Virus record (IMG/VR): IMGVR_UViG_3300025829_000001
Span: 1-63,704 of that record
Length of the DNA stretch: 63,704 bases
Origin: a virus
Lineage: Duplodnaviria > Caudoviricetes
Direction: 5' to 3' (one strand)
Positions 9,385-17,846 of this stretch are shown one piece after another. A program made the position numbers and the translations under genes. The notes under the pieces are model-generated. The model saw only the letters and a program-made list of their open reading frames with translations. It was not told the origin of the DNA and did no database searches. The first letter of the stretch is position 1, and every line of letters starts with the position of its first letter.

Positions 9385-9648
9385 ATGACTCGTCCATGCG
9401 AACAAACCACCTACCTCAATCTTGATGTCGCTGCCTTCATCCGCTGGCAGTTCCGTCGTCCAATTGATTTTTATCGGTCGCATCTTGAGCACGTACCCTT
9501 ACCCGCCTTCTACCGTGCCTTGCGGGATGAACCGGTCACTGAAGAAGTTGCCCAATTCATCGAGTACCAGGCCTGGCACCACAGCTGCTGGGTGAACTTT
9601 GCGAGCGGAGAACCGCCCCCTCAATTTCCACGTGGCCGCAACGACTAA
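9385..9648 (+). CDS. Hypothetical protein (lone plus-strand ORF next to the candidate origin)
   Basis: TATAAT lies just upstream, but the ORF overlaps the 3' end of the opposite-strand nuclease gene. Confidence 0.4.
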   Translation: MTRPCEQTTYLNLDVAAFIRWQFRRPIDFYRSHLEHVPLPAFYRALRDEPVTEEVAQFIEYQAWHHSCWVNFASGEPPPQFPRGRND

Positions 9649-9996
9649 CTCACCCAGCGTCATCTGGTTAAACTCCCGCGCCCAGCACCCGTTGACCAAG
9701 AACGTCCATTCCCCAGCACCCGCAAATACCCACACTGAACCACCCGCCAGTGCTCGCCCGTAGATCCAGGCGATCTGCTCCGGTCTCAAGCCTGATCTCC
9801 CGAATACTGGCGTCCCAGCCCGCTTAGGCACCGCTGCAATCGCTTTGAGCTCCAGCCAGTGCTGCGACCCGTCTACCCGCGACAGCAGGTGCACGTCCGG
9901 CACCCCGCCGCCCACCAGGTTCTCAATCCGCTGTACGAAGTACCCTTTGGCAAGCCTTGGTTGCCACCGATCCCATAACCGTCGTTCACCTGCCAT
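9499..9996 (-). CDS. PD-(D/E)xK nuclease (VRR-NUC / Holliday-junction resolvase-like)
   Basis: RIEN..GGGVPD...WLELK and LRPEQIAW motifs. Confidence 0.8.
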   Translation of the reverse strand: MAGERRLWDRWQPRLAKGYFVQRIENLVGGGVPDVHLLSRVDGSQHWLELKAIAAVPKRAGTPVFGRSGLRPEQIAWIYGRALAGGSVWVFAGAGEWTFLVNGCWAREFNQMTLGELVVAATWKLRGRFSARKVHPAAVVPGLVLDELGNFFSDRFIPQGTVEGG

Positions 9997-10096
9997 TAAA
10001 ACACCCCCATCGCTAACGCTATGCCAGCCAGGACGCGTTATCTCATCCTGCCCTAGATCAGCCTATTCCGAATAAATAAAAACGCGCCTGAGCGCG

Positions 10097-10528
10097 TTAG
10101 ATAAGATCGTAGATCGGCGATACCGCGATGTGCACTGATTCCTGCTTGACCTTGTATTCAAACCGCCGCTCTGGGTAATGGTTCGGCGCGTCCTTTCCAT
10201 CGAACCGGATGATCCGCCCACCAGTCAGCGGCTTTTCTTCTGGTACCTTGCGCTGATATCCCAAGGCGGGAGTAACCAGCTTAGCTGGCGCTGGATAGAC
10301 CTGCTCCCGGCTGGTATGATACCGTCGCAAGCGACTGCGGTGCGTCCCGCAAGACGCTAGCCACCCCGCCGCCGCCAAAACCGACAGGTAATGACTAACG
10401 GTCGATAACCGAAACCCAGTCAGGGTATGAATTTCATGCACAGTCAAAGACTGCGTGCGCAGCATCTCCACCACTACCCCCTTGCGCTGCTCCATTAAAC
10501 TACGTTGCCGTTGGTGCCGTGTATCCAT
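10097..10528 (-). CDS. Winged helix-turn-helix protein
   Basis: SLTVHEIHTLTGFRLSTVSHYLSVL resembles an ArsR/IclR-type HTH. Confidence 0.65.
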   Translation of the reverse strand: MDTRHQRQRSLMEQRKGVVVEMLRTQSLTVHEIHTLTGFRLSTVSHYLSVLAAAGWLASCGTHRSRLRRYHTSREQVYPAPAKLVTPALGYQRKVPEEKPLTGGRIIRFDGKDAPNHYPERRFEYKVKQESVHIAVSPIYDLI

Positions 10529-12554
10529 GCAATTCTCCCCAATTAAGTCCTTCCGTCCGTTCCACCATGATCGGCACCTTCCATTTTACAGCATTCTCCA
10601 TGATTCGTTTCATTTCTACTAATGCTTCTGTTTCTTCCGGGGTATCACCGGCACTGACGTTAACGTCATCGTGCACAATGTTAAGCGGATATCCCAGCAC
10701 ATCAAACAACCCTGCCTCATAGCAATCAACCAGTGCCTTCTTCATGGTGGTGCCTTCACCATCCTGTGCAAGACGGTTAAGGCCCAGGTGGGTAAACGCC
10801 CGCACTGCTCCGCCGGCCTTCCCGGTTGCAGCAAGCACCTCGGTCCGCACCGCCTCTATGTCCTGTGACAGTTTGACCTGTCCGCGTAACCGCCATTCAC
10901 GTGGTTCATAATATGGAAAGCGGTGGCGTCGTCCCATGATCCCCATGATGTACCCTCGGCTCTGCCCAACCCCGGCGATCCGTTCAGATGTCGCCCGCAC
11001 GAATGGCATCCCTGTATGGTAAGCCTCGATCAATGGTCGGGCCTCCTCCACCGGGATGCCCATCTCCCGCGCCAGCTTGTCCACGCCCATGGTAAAGGCC
11101 AAGCCGAAGTTGATGTTCTTTACCGGCTTGCGCCCAAGGTGCATCCCGGTGGTCTCCGCGATGAGCTCTTGCGCCATGTTGTGATAGTCGGTGGTCGGAT
11201 CAGCGTTGTATCTGGCCCGGGCCTCACCGGCGCCCTGCCCCACGGCGTAGTGCGTCATGATCCGGAACTGGATCTGGCTGTAATCCATGCAAACCCACCG
11301 CTTCCCCTCCTCCGGCAGCCAGATGCCGCGGATCAGCGGACCAAGTTCTGGGTCACGCGCTGGGATGTTTTCTAGGTTGGGAAGTGATGAAGAGAACCGC
11401 CCAACGATCGTCCCGCCATCATCCCCACGCAGCTGGTGGAACTGACCGTGCACCCGACCGTTGACCTGCATCTTGAAGATGTACCCGTCGATGAAGGTGG
11501 CTGCCGCCTTGTCGTACTGCCTAGCCTGCCGGAGGCAGCGTGCCAGGTCGCTCGGGTGATGCTCCAGCCAATCAGCGGTAAAGGATGGTTTGCCGGTGGG
11601 TGTTTTTGGGTAGGCGATGCCAGCCTTGTCAAAGGCTTTAGCGATACTGTCGGCGGCCCAGAGGTCAACCCCGCCAATTCTTGATAGAAGCGTATCGACC
11701 TTTTGTTTTAATTCGTCTCGGATGCGCTCTGCATGCGCCAGATTAACCCTGATGCCCTTTTGCCGCATCCCTACCAGAATGCGTGGCAACCTTGACTCCA
11801 AAAGGAAGACGGGCATCAGCCCCTGTGCCTCAAGCAGGGGCTTTTGCTTCTCCCACACTCTCAACGGCAGGTCAACGTCCCCCTCCGCATACGGCCCAAC
11901 CAGGCACGGCGGCGCCCGGAAGATATTGGCCGCCTGCGGGCGCCCGCTGGCCCCGCCATAAGCGCGCTGGCACCAATCATAGAGTACCGTATCGACCTTG
12001 TGCTCACCGAGGTACTTGACCGCCAGTGAGTCAAGCGAATAACTGCGCGCATGCTCATCGAGCAGCGGTTCAGCGATCTGCACGTCGATGATGTCGCCTG
12101 CGACTGCAACCCCTTCGTGCGCCAACCACCCGAGGTCATACTGCGCGTTGGCGAAGACTTTTGGCTGGTGCGCCAAGCTAAAGGCTTCTTTGCACCACCC
12201 AAGCACTGCTTCCACCGGCAGGTTGCCCTCGCCCACCGTATGACGCATCGGGAAGTACCAGCGTTGCCCGTCGTCCGTGCCCACTGCCACGCCGACGACA
12301 TGCCCCACCCCGCGCCCCCAGCCCGGTCCGTGCGTCAGCAGCTCTGGGTCCCAGGTCTCGACGTCGATGCACAGCATCTTGGCCGAGTCAAGCCGAGGGA
12401 AGGTCGTCGGCGAGCGCCACCCAGTCGATGGGATCGGTGGAAGCCCATATGACACCCGGCGCAGATCATCCTTGCTGGCCCTGCCCAGGTAGGGATGGTC
12501 CGAAAAGAGCTCCGTCGTCAGATCTTCTGCCATATCCGACCAGAACTTTCCCAA
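10500..12554 (-). CDS. Family A DNA polymerase with 3'-5' exonuclease domain
   Basis: Exo motifs CIDVET, NAQYD and YAEGD; pol motifs DYSQIQFR, KNINFGLAF and VHDD. Confidence 0.95.
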   Translation of the reverse strand: MGKFWSDMAEDLTTELFSDHPYLGRASKDDLRRVSYGLPPIPSTGWRSPTTFPRLDSAKMLCIDVETWDPELLTHGPGWGRGVGHVVGVAVGTDDGQRWYFPMRHTVGEGNLPVEAVLGWCKEAFSLAHQPKVFANAQYDLGWLAHEGVAVAGDIIDVQIAEPLLDEHARSYSLDSLAVKYLGEHKVDTVLYDWCQRAYGGASGRPQAANIFRAPPCLVGPYAEGDVDLPLRVWEKQKPLLEAQGLMPVFLLESRLPRILVGMRQKGIRVNLAHAERIRDELKQKVDTLLSRIGGVDLWAADSIAKAFDKAGIAYPKTPTGKPSFTADWLEHHPSDLARCLRQARQYDKAAATFIDGYIFKMQVNGRVHGQFHQLRGDDGGTIVGRFSSSLPNLENIPARDPELGPLIRGIWLPEEGKRWVCMDYSQIQFRIMTHYAVGQGAGEARARYNADPTTDYHNMAQELIAETTGMHLGRKPVKNINFGLAFTMGVDKLAREMGIPVEEARPLIEAYHTGMPFVRATSERIAGVGQSRGYIMGIMGRRHRFPYYEPREWRLRGQVKLSQDIEAVRTEVLAATGKAGGAVRAFTHLGLNRLAQDGEGTTMKKALVDCYEAGLFDVLGYPLNIVHDDVNVSAGDTPEETEALVEMKRIMENAVKWKVPIMVERTEGLNWGELHGYTAPTAT

Positions 12555-12991
12555 AGAAACTGCGAATCGGCATGCGGGTATTCATTAAGAAAAACGATCC
12601 TGCGGCAGGCGGTGTTCAGCAGCAGTTTCGTGCAGGTGATGCACGGGCTGGTTGTAACATAGCAGGTATCGATCTGATAAACATCGTGGCACTGCAGCAG
12701 GGCATTTTGCTCGGCGTGGACCGCGTAGCACCCATCTAGGTTTGTGCCGCTTGGCGAGGTCGCCCCAGGACAGGCGAACGGATAGACCACCGGATAGATC
12801 ACCGGGCCAAAACCGTCAACATCGGGTTCGTTGCAGTGCGGCTGTCCTGCTGCCACGCCGTTGTACCCGGTGGCCAAGACATGCCCGCGGACATCTAACA
12901 GTACCGCCCCGACTGAACGGCGCATGCAGGTCGATCGTTGCGCAGTAAGCAACGCCAGCTGCATGGCCCATTGGTCGCGGCTGAGTCTCAT
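12518..12991 (-). CDS. dCMP deaminase
   Basis: HAEQNAL and SPCITC zinc-binding motifs, plus ATGYNG. Confidence 0.92.
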   Translation of the reverse strand: MRLSRDQWAMQLALLTAQRSTCMRRSVGAVLLDVRGHVLATGYNGVAAGQPHCNEPDVDGFGPVIYPVVYPFACPGATSPSGTNLDGCYAVHAEQNALLQCHDVYQIDTCYVTTSPCITCTKLLLNTACRRIVFLNEYPHADSQFLWESSGRIWQKI

Positions 12992-13767
12992 GCTTCCCAC
13001 TCCCACCACCGGAGGACATCGCCGGGCTGCGTGTTACGCAATGACTTCAGCGTCTGCATCAGGCAACCCGGATCACGAAATAGCTGCTCCGGGGTAGCTA
13101 CACCCGTTGAAAACAACCCGCTATCAAGGCAGATTCGCGCGGCATCAAAATTGGTTTCATACAAGTGGCTGCTGGCAGCCGTTAGATACAGCCGTCCAGG
13201 CTCGATGACCGGGTCGTTTAACCGGGCGCAGATCAGGTGCCCAAGCATGCTGAAGTTGAAGACATCATACGGCAGCCCCAGCCAGACGTCGGATGAGCGC
13301 ATGAAGACATGGATGTTCAGCTTGTTCTTCCGGATGCTGGCAAAGATCGCCACCGTACAGGGCACGTCCTTGGTCGTCGGTGGGTTCTCACGCCAGATGG
13401 TGAGACCGGCCTGGCGGCTGTCCGGATCGGTGATCAGTTTATTCACGACATAATCCAACTGACCGACGACCTTTGGCCCGTAGGCCCCAAAGAAGGTCTG
13501 ACCGTCATCACTGAACTCAGCGATCCGCTTATTCCATGGCGCGATCCCGGTGACGGTATCATCACCGGATAGGATCCAGAAGGCTTCAGCTGCCATGAAT
13601 CGGTGGTTGAGTTTACGCTCCTTGATGGTCAGCACAGGATAACGCATATCAACCTTAACGGTGTATTGTGGCAACTCCAGTGTCGGTATGCCACGCGGGC
13701 TGACGTCAACCCCGCGGAGAAACAGATCACTGATCGTATCGATCCAGATAAAGTTTAAGGTTTGCAT
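12988..13767 (-). CDS. Thymidylate synthase-family protein (possible dCMP methyl/hydroxymethyl-transferase)
   Basis: DVPCT catalytic Cys, MRSSDVWLGLPYD and HLY motifs; Asp at the position of E. coli ThyA Asn177. Confidence 0.88.
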   Translation of the reverse strand: MQTLNFIWIDTISDLFLRGVDVSPRGIPTLELPQYTVKVDMRYPVLTIKERKLNHRFMAAEAFWILSGDDTVTGIAPWNKRIAEFSDDGQTFFGAYGPKVVGQLDYVVNKLITDPDSRQAGLTIWRENPPTTKDVPCTVAIFASIRKNKLNIHVFMRSSDVWLGLPYDVFNFSMLGHLICARLNDPVIEPGRLYLTAASSHLYETNFDAARICLDSGLFSTGVATPEQLFRDPGCLMQTLKSLRNTQPGDVLRWWEWEA

Positions 13768-13768
13768 A

Positions 13769-14143
13769 TTACTCCTGACCAATAAAGAATCCAGCATAGT
13801 TGATAATATCAAGAGCTGTATCACGCAAACCTTCAAAATTAGCATCTTGCCCGTGCATTTCTTTTAACACTAACGAATTAAACCGTTGTGCTTTTGTATG
13901 GATCATTTGTGCATAACTTACTGCACCGAATGGGAAATATGAGGATCGATCTACTTTATGAGGGTCCATATTGCTTGAATTTTGATTATAGTCTTGGCTC
14001 TTTTTAATACAAAGCAAAGCTGCTTCAGCTAGTGCCCCTGGATGACCACCGCGAGATTTCAATTCCTCAAGTAATTCAACTGTTGGAAATTCTTTAAGGA
14101 TAATCGATTTGCAATTGTTCTGCACGTCGCACCTCCCCGTCAT
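13769..14143 (-). CDS. Nucleotide-modification-associated domain protein (Nmad1/DUF1599-like)
   Basis: KKSQDY ... LRDTALDIINYAGF pattern; sits in the nucleotide metabolism cluster. Start uncertain. Confidence 0.7.
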   Translation of the reverse strand: MTGRCDVQNNCKSIILKEFPTVELLEELKSRGGHPGALAEAALLCIKKSQDYNQNSSNMDPHKVDRSSYFPFGAVSYAQMIHTKAQRFNSLVLKEMHGQDANFEGLRDTALDIINYAGFFIGQE

Positions 14144-14465
14144 CGATGCGTTGCTGGTTTACGTCCCACTTGGCGCGCAGGGCCAGGGTCAGGTCCTCCG
14201 CTGTCAGGTCCATGGCTAATGCCGCATTGGTCAAGAATTGAAAGATGTCAGTAAGTTCTGTAGCAAGTTTAATCCGATTAACGATCAATTTTTGCTTTTT
14301 CCAATTTTTGAAGTTTGTTTCATTTAATGCTTCAACTATCTCGACTATAGCGTGTAAAAGATTTTCTTTGCAGCCAGCTTCACCATGACCGTTAGGCCAA
14401 CCCATACTGGATTGTAAAGTTCTTTGAGCGTTAAACATTTCTTTAAAATCTAAAATCTTTTTCAC
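14094..14465 (-). CDS. All-alpha NTP pyrophosphatase (dimeric dUTPase/dCTPase, MazG-like)
   Basis: EIVEALNE..FKNWK, ELTDIFQF and KWDVNQQR motifs. Confidence 0.82.
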   Translation of the reverse strand: MKKILDFKEMFNAQRTLQSSMGWPNGHGEAGCKENLLHAIVEIVEALNETNFKNWKKQKLIVNRIKLATELTDIFQFLTNAALAMDLTAEDLTLALRAKWDVNQQRIDDGEVRRAEQLQIDYP

Positions 14466-14949
14466 TTGCCTTCTCCTTAAACTTAAATATCGCCTCTATC
14501 GCATCTTCAATTTTGTTAAAATACCCGACATGCCACTGCTTACCATGAATTCTGGTTTGCGCTCTCCAACGTGAGCTTTGTGGATACCATGACACCCCAA
14601 TGACACCGCCAGAACTTGAGTGTAATGTACATTCACTGTTAAGTTTATTCTCAGATGAGGTCACCCACCTAAGGTTTGTCAATACATCGTTAGTTCTAAC
14701 CCGATCACGGTGATCAACGATGAATCCCGGTTTTAATCCTTCAAACGTTTCAAGTACCAATCTCGCCACACTACGATCGCGTAATTCAGACCCCAATCGA
14801 ATAAAATTATACCCGTCAGGTCTATTCATAACTAACGTCAACTCTTTAATCCTTCCAGATTTTTGAAAATTCAATGACCTCACCTTGCCAAGATTTGAAA
14901 CTTCATATCTACCTTCGTAGTTAACAACCGGTTTCCAAAATTCTATCAT
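14443..14949 (-). CDS. NUMOD4-HNH-AP2 homing endonuclease
   Basis: WKPVVNYEGRYEVSNLGKVRS (NUMOD4), VDHRDRVRTND..NL (HNH) and GVSW...WRAQ (AP2). Confidence 0.9.
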   Translation of the reverse strand: MIEFWKPVVNYEGRYEVSNLGKVRSLNFQKSGRIKELTLVMNRPDGYNFIRLGSELRDRSVARLVLETFEGLKPGFIVDHRDRVRTNDVLTNLRWVTSSENKLNSECTLHSSSGGVIGVSWYPQSSRWRAQTRIHGKQWHVGYFNKIEDAIEAIFKFKEKASEKDFRF

Positions 14950-15698
14950 GGTCGATCACAAATCCAAAGGTTGTTCCTTGCCGAATCTGGGTAAAGTGGC
15001 CCAAAAATATTGGAAACAGCGTCGCTGTCAAAATACTGTTCAAGAGCTTTACGAACCTCAAGGATGGCCGCTTTTGATGCCCTGTCAGTATCAGTTTTGC
15101 CGATATGCTTTATATCCATGAAAGTTCCATATCGGCGACGCACTTTGAACCCTGCCTTCTCAGCATGCTTCTGAAGTTCAGCAATGGTAAACTCATGCAA
15201 ATGATTGGCGGCATGGCGAACACCATCGTAACATGGGGTTGACATCAGCATGATACCACCAGGTTTCAGGCAAGTAAAGCATGCCTTCAAAAACTTATCT
15301 GTAAATTTGATGTTGACGTGCTCAATGACCTCGAAATGCACTACCACGTCAAACCCTTCAGGCTGAAGCTTGCGCAGTTCCTTATAACGCTCCACGAAGT
15401 TAAACTCGCCGAGGAACGTCAGGCGCTGCGAGGCGGACGGATTGAGCTTGTTCAGGTCCACGCCAGTGTAGTGGTTGACATGCGCTGCCGCCCCGCCCGT
15501 CAGGATCTTGCTCAATGGCTTATCTTCCCCGCAACCCACCTCAAGGATGTTGTCTTTTGCCGTGATAAAGCGACGTGCAAAGCTCCAGCGAAAAAAGTGA
15601 CTTGAATAGTCTCTGTGCAGGGTTCTACCATGCCCAGCCTCATGCAGCTGGGTCAGATCGTAGTCGCGGTCATCCCGTGCTTTTTCACGTTTAATCAT
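14946..15698 (-). CDS. Class I SAM-dependent methyltransferase
   Basis: ILEVGCG, FEVIEHV and LKPGG..LMSTP motifs; AAGGAG RBS before ATG 15698. Confidence 0.88.
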   Translation of the reverse strand: MIKREKARDDRDYDLTQLHEAGHGRTLHRDYSSHFFRWSFARRFITAKDNILEVGCGEDKPLSKILTGGAAAHVNHYTGVDLNKLNPSASQRLTFLGEFNFVERYKELRKLQPEGFDVVVHFEVIEHVNIKFTDKFLKACFTCLKPGGIMLMSTPCYDGVRHAANHLHEFTIAELQKHAEKAGFKVRRRYGTFMDIKHIGKTDTDRASKAAILEVRKALEQYFDSDAVSNIFGPLYPDSARNNLWICDRP

Positions 15699-15882
15699 GA
15701 CAGACTCCTTTACAGCATCCAGCCCAAGAATCAGGTTTTCGACCCTCAAATTGTGCTACCGTGTGCTCGGCTTTTTTAACGTGAGACATCCCATACGGAT
15801 TTCCACCATGTGAGCCAGGTAAGGAAGCCCATTTTAGAATTGCATAGGATTCAGAAGGGTCCATCTTTTCTCTTTTAACCAT
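15691..15882 (-). CDS. Small hypothetical protein
   Basis: 63-aa ORF from ATG 15882 with an AAGGAG RBS. Confidence 0.6.
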   Translation of the reverse strand: MVKREKMDPSESYAILKWASLPGSHGGNPYGMSHVKKAEHTVAQFEGRKPDSWAGCCKGVCHD

Positions 15883-15883
15883 G

Positions 15884-16546
15884 TCAGGCTCCTTTGCGTT
15901 TGTTGAGGTAGTTGCGGTACCATTGGACGTAGCTGCGCTTCTTGTCGTCCAGGCTGAACTTTGCCTTGACCGCCGCAAAGATCTCGTCATCGTTCAGCTC
16001 GCCCGCGATGATCAGCGCCTGGAACATCCCCGCGACGGTTTCTTTACGCGGCTTTGGCGTCTTGATCGGTTGCTTAAAGTCAGAATCAGGACGGGCGGTT
16101 CTACCAGGACGGTGAGAAGCAGCCTCAGCAGCGGCATCATTCAGTACAAATCCGCCATTCTTTCCTGGTTCTGGCCACATCTCATTCGAGATGAAATCAT
16201 CCGCGTTTTCCAGCAGCGCCGGGTCGATCTTGCCGAGCGCACGCTTGGCGTCGGACTTGCGTGAGTAGGTCTTCATAATATCCTCCAATAGTTGTTGGGC
16301 TTCAGGGGTCACGGTAGCGATCCCCATGACCGGGTGCAAAAACCGCTCGGCAGCCTGCTTCATGCCTTGCGGGTATTCAAAGTCCTTGCCGCAATCATCA
16401 AGCATCGAATTGCTGACGCGTTTGACATAGATGTGCTTCGCGTCGCGGGCGATGATGGTTGACCACTTGCGTGCCCGGGCGACCTCGATCACCAGCCCCA
16501 GCTTCGGGCACTTCAGCACGCGTGGTTCAAAGGTGAGGGTGTTCAT
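15884..16546 (-). CDS. Hypothetical protein, possibly DNA-binding; internal in-frame start at 16276
   Basis: 220-aa ORF with an internal GGAGG-N6-ATG. Confidence 0.65.
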   Translation of the reverse strand: MNTLTFEPRVLKCPKLGLVIEVARARKWSTIIARDAKHIYVKRVSNSMLDDCGKDFEYPQGMKQAAERFLHPVMGIATVTPEAQQLLEDIMKTYSRKSDAKRALGKIDPALLENADDFISNEMWPEPGKNGGFVLNDAAAEAASHRPGRTARPDSDFKQPIKTPKPRKETVAGMFQALIIAGELNDDEIFAAVKAKFSLDDKKRSYVQWYRNYLNKRKGA

Positions 16547-16746
16547 TCTGCCTCCGCATGTCTCTCAGCGAAGGTTTCCATCCAGTACATAAGCACCTCA
16601 CCAGCTTCCGCTTTTGAGAGTTCTTCAAACGCTTCCATCAGATACGGACGTGCGCCGAACATATTAGTAGCGCCTGATTTGCGCAGACAGTCCAGATATG
16701 CAAGATGCTCGTCGGTAACGACTGTTGGTTTGGTCTTCATTTTCAT
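16543..16746 (-). CDS. Small conserved-type phage protein
   Basis: YLDCLRKSGATNMFGARPYL motif; AAGGAG RBS. Confidence 0.75.
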   Translation of the reverse strand: MKMKTKPTVVTDEHLAYLDCLRKSGATNMFGARPYLMEAFEELSKAEAGEVLMYWMETFAERHAEAE

Positions 16747-16763
16747 TTCTCCTTAAATTGCCT

Positions 16764-16800
16764 ACTGAGCTGGTTTAGCGTCCGCTCGGTTCAAGACGTT
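16764..16800 (-). ncRNA. Putative cis-regulatory H-type pseudoknot, copy 1
   Basis: CGTC/GACG stem, a CTAAAC linker, and loop ACCGAGC pairing with downstream GCTCAGT; homologous to 22675-22711. Confidence 0.55.
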
Positions 16801-17083
16801 ACTTGCGAATCCAAACATCACGATAAGTGTTTGGAAGAGCAGTAGCACCCACTGATACCCGTACCAGTTTATGCGTTTTCAGTTTCTTTTCCAATTTAGC
16901 GTCAAGGATCGCGTGGCCTGCTTCTCTAGCAGCCTCAAAAGGTACTTCCTTGTCATTCACGAAAAATTGATAAAACGGAGACGCAGCCGGTTCTTGACAA
17001 TAGCAAAGTGCATCAAGAAACTCATGCACTCTAATAGCAGGATAATCAAGCACCTGTTCGCCCAACTGAATTCTGAACTTCAT
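16799..17083 (-). CDS. Hypothetical early protein
   Basis: Preceded by TATAAT and an AGGAG RBS. Confidence 0.7.
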   Translation of the reverse strand: MKFRIQLGEQVLDYPAIRVHEFLDALCYCQEPAASPFYQFFVNDKEVPFEAAREAGHAILDAKLEKKLKTHKLVRVSVGATALPNTYRDVWIRK

Positions 17084-17160
17084 TTCTTTTCTCCTATTTC
17101 TGGTCGGCTGCAACGCAACCGATACACTTATTATAATGATAAACGAACAGAATAAAAGGT
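17081..17160 (-). promoter_or_regulatory. Putative early promoter with conserved leader
   Basis: TTTTATTC...TATAAT...ATCG-hairpin-CAGAAATAGGAGAAAnGAAATG, the same layout as 26270-26346. Confidence 0.7.
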
Positions 17161-17210
17161 GTTTTTCTATATTTTGTTTTTATATGAGCGAACATAATTA
17201 TATGTTTCGA

Positions 17211-17846
17211 TTATATCGTTACCGGTTTCTTTTTAATCAGTCCGCGTTCCCACTTAGCGGCTAAAACCGCAGCAATATGTTCCGGTGATTGTTTTCGCCC
17301 CTTTAGCGCATGACCATACGTATTACCCTTATTACGCACCAATAAAATAGCATATTGTTCTGGCGACATTTTGAATGCCCGCGCCACTTCTTTCTGCTTA
17401 TCGCTGTTTACTTTACCAGCTTGTGCTTTTGATATGGCCCTACGATGCTCTGGTGTAAGTTTATTCCCTTTTGCGTATTGGTTTCCTAAATTACGTTGGC
17501 GTAATTTTTCACATACAGCGAGGGGCATTGGACGACCTTTTTGGACGATGCTTAATGCCAAGCTATGTTTTTTCCTCAGCCATTCATACAGTTTATTCTT
17601 ACGTCCTACTTTTGAAATAGTCATCATATACGCAGCAAAAGCTATTTTATGGTTTCCTGGGTACATTTTAACAAGCAGTTGATGCGCGATATAGTGTTCT
17701 GCACCGGTTAATAGTGCACGGTTTCCTGGCGTATCCTCTCCCCCTAAACATTTAGGAACAATATGGTGCCATTCAGTATATCCAGCAGGACGTAAACGTT
17801 CTTTAGCCCGCGTAATAAGTACTTCATAGTGTTTGGAATAGTTCAT
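17211..17846 (-). CDS. HNH homing endonuclease with NUMOD3-like repeats
   Basis: EWHHIVPKCLGG...EHYIAHQLL motif and basic C-terminal repeats. Confidence 0.88.
   Translation of the reverse strand: MNYSKHYEVLITRAKERLRPAGYTEWHHIVPKCLGGEDTPGNRALLTGAEHYIAHQLLVKMYPGNHKIAFAAYMMTISKVGRKNKLYEWLRKKHSLALSIVQKGRPMPLAVCEKLRQRNLGNQYAKGNKLTPEHRRAISKAQAGKVNSDKQKEVARAFKMSPEQYAILLVRNKGNTYGHALKGRKQSPEHIAAVLAAKWERGLIKKKPVTI

Noticed and set aside
12988-13767. TS homolog as a dUMP hydroxymethylase of a thymidine hypermodification pathway
   Set aside because: It has Asp rather than Asn at the specificity position, and no 5hmdU DNA kinase or amino-acid:DNA transferase genes were recognised.
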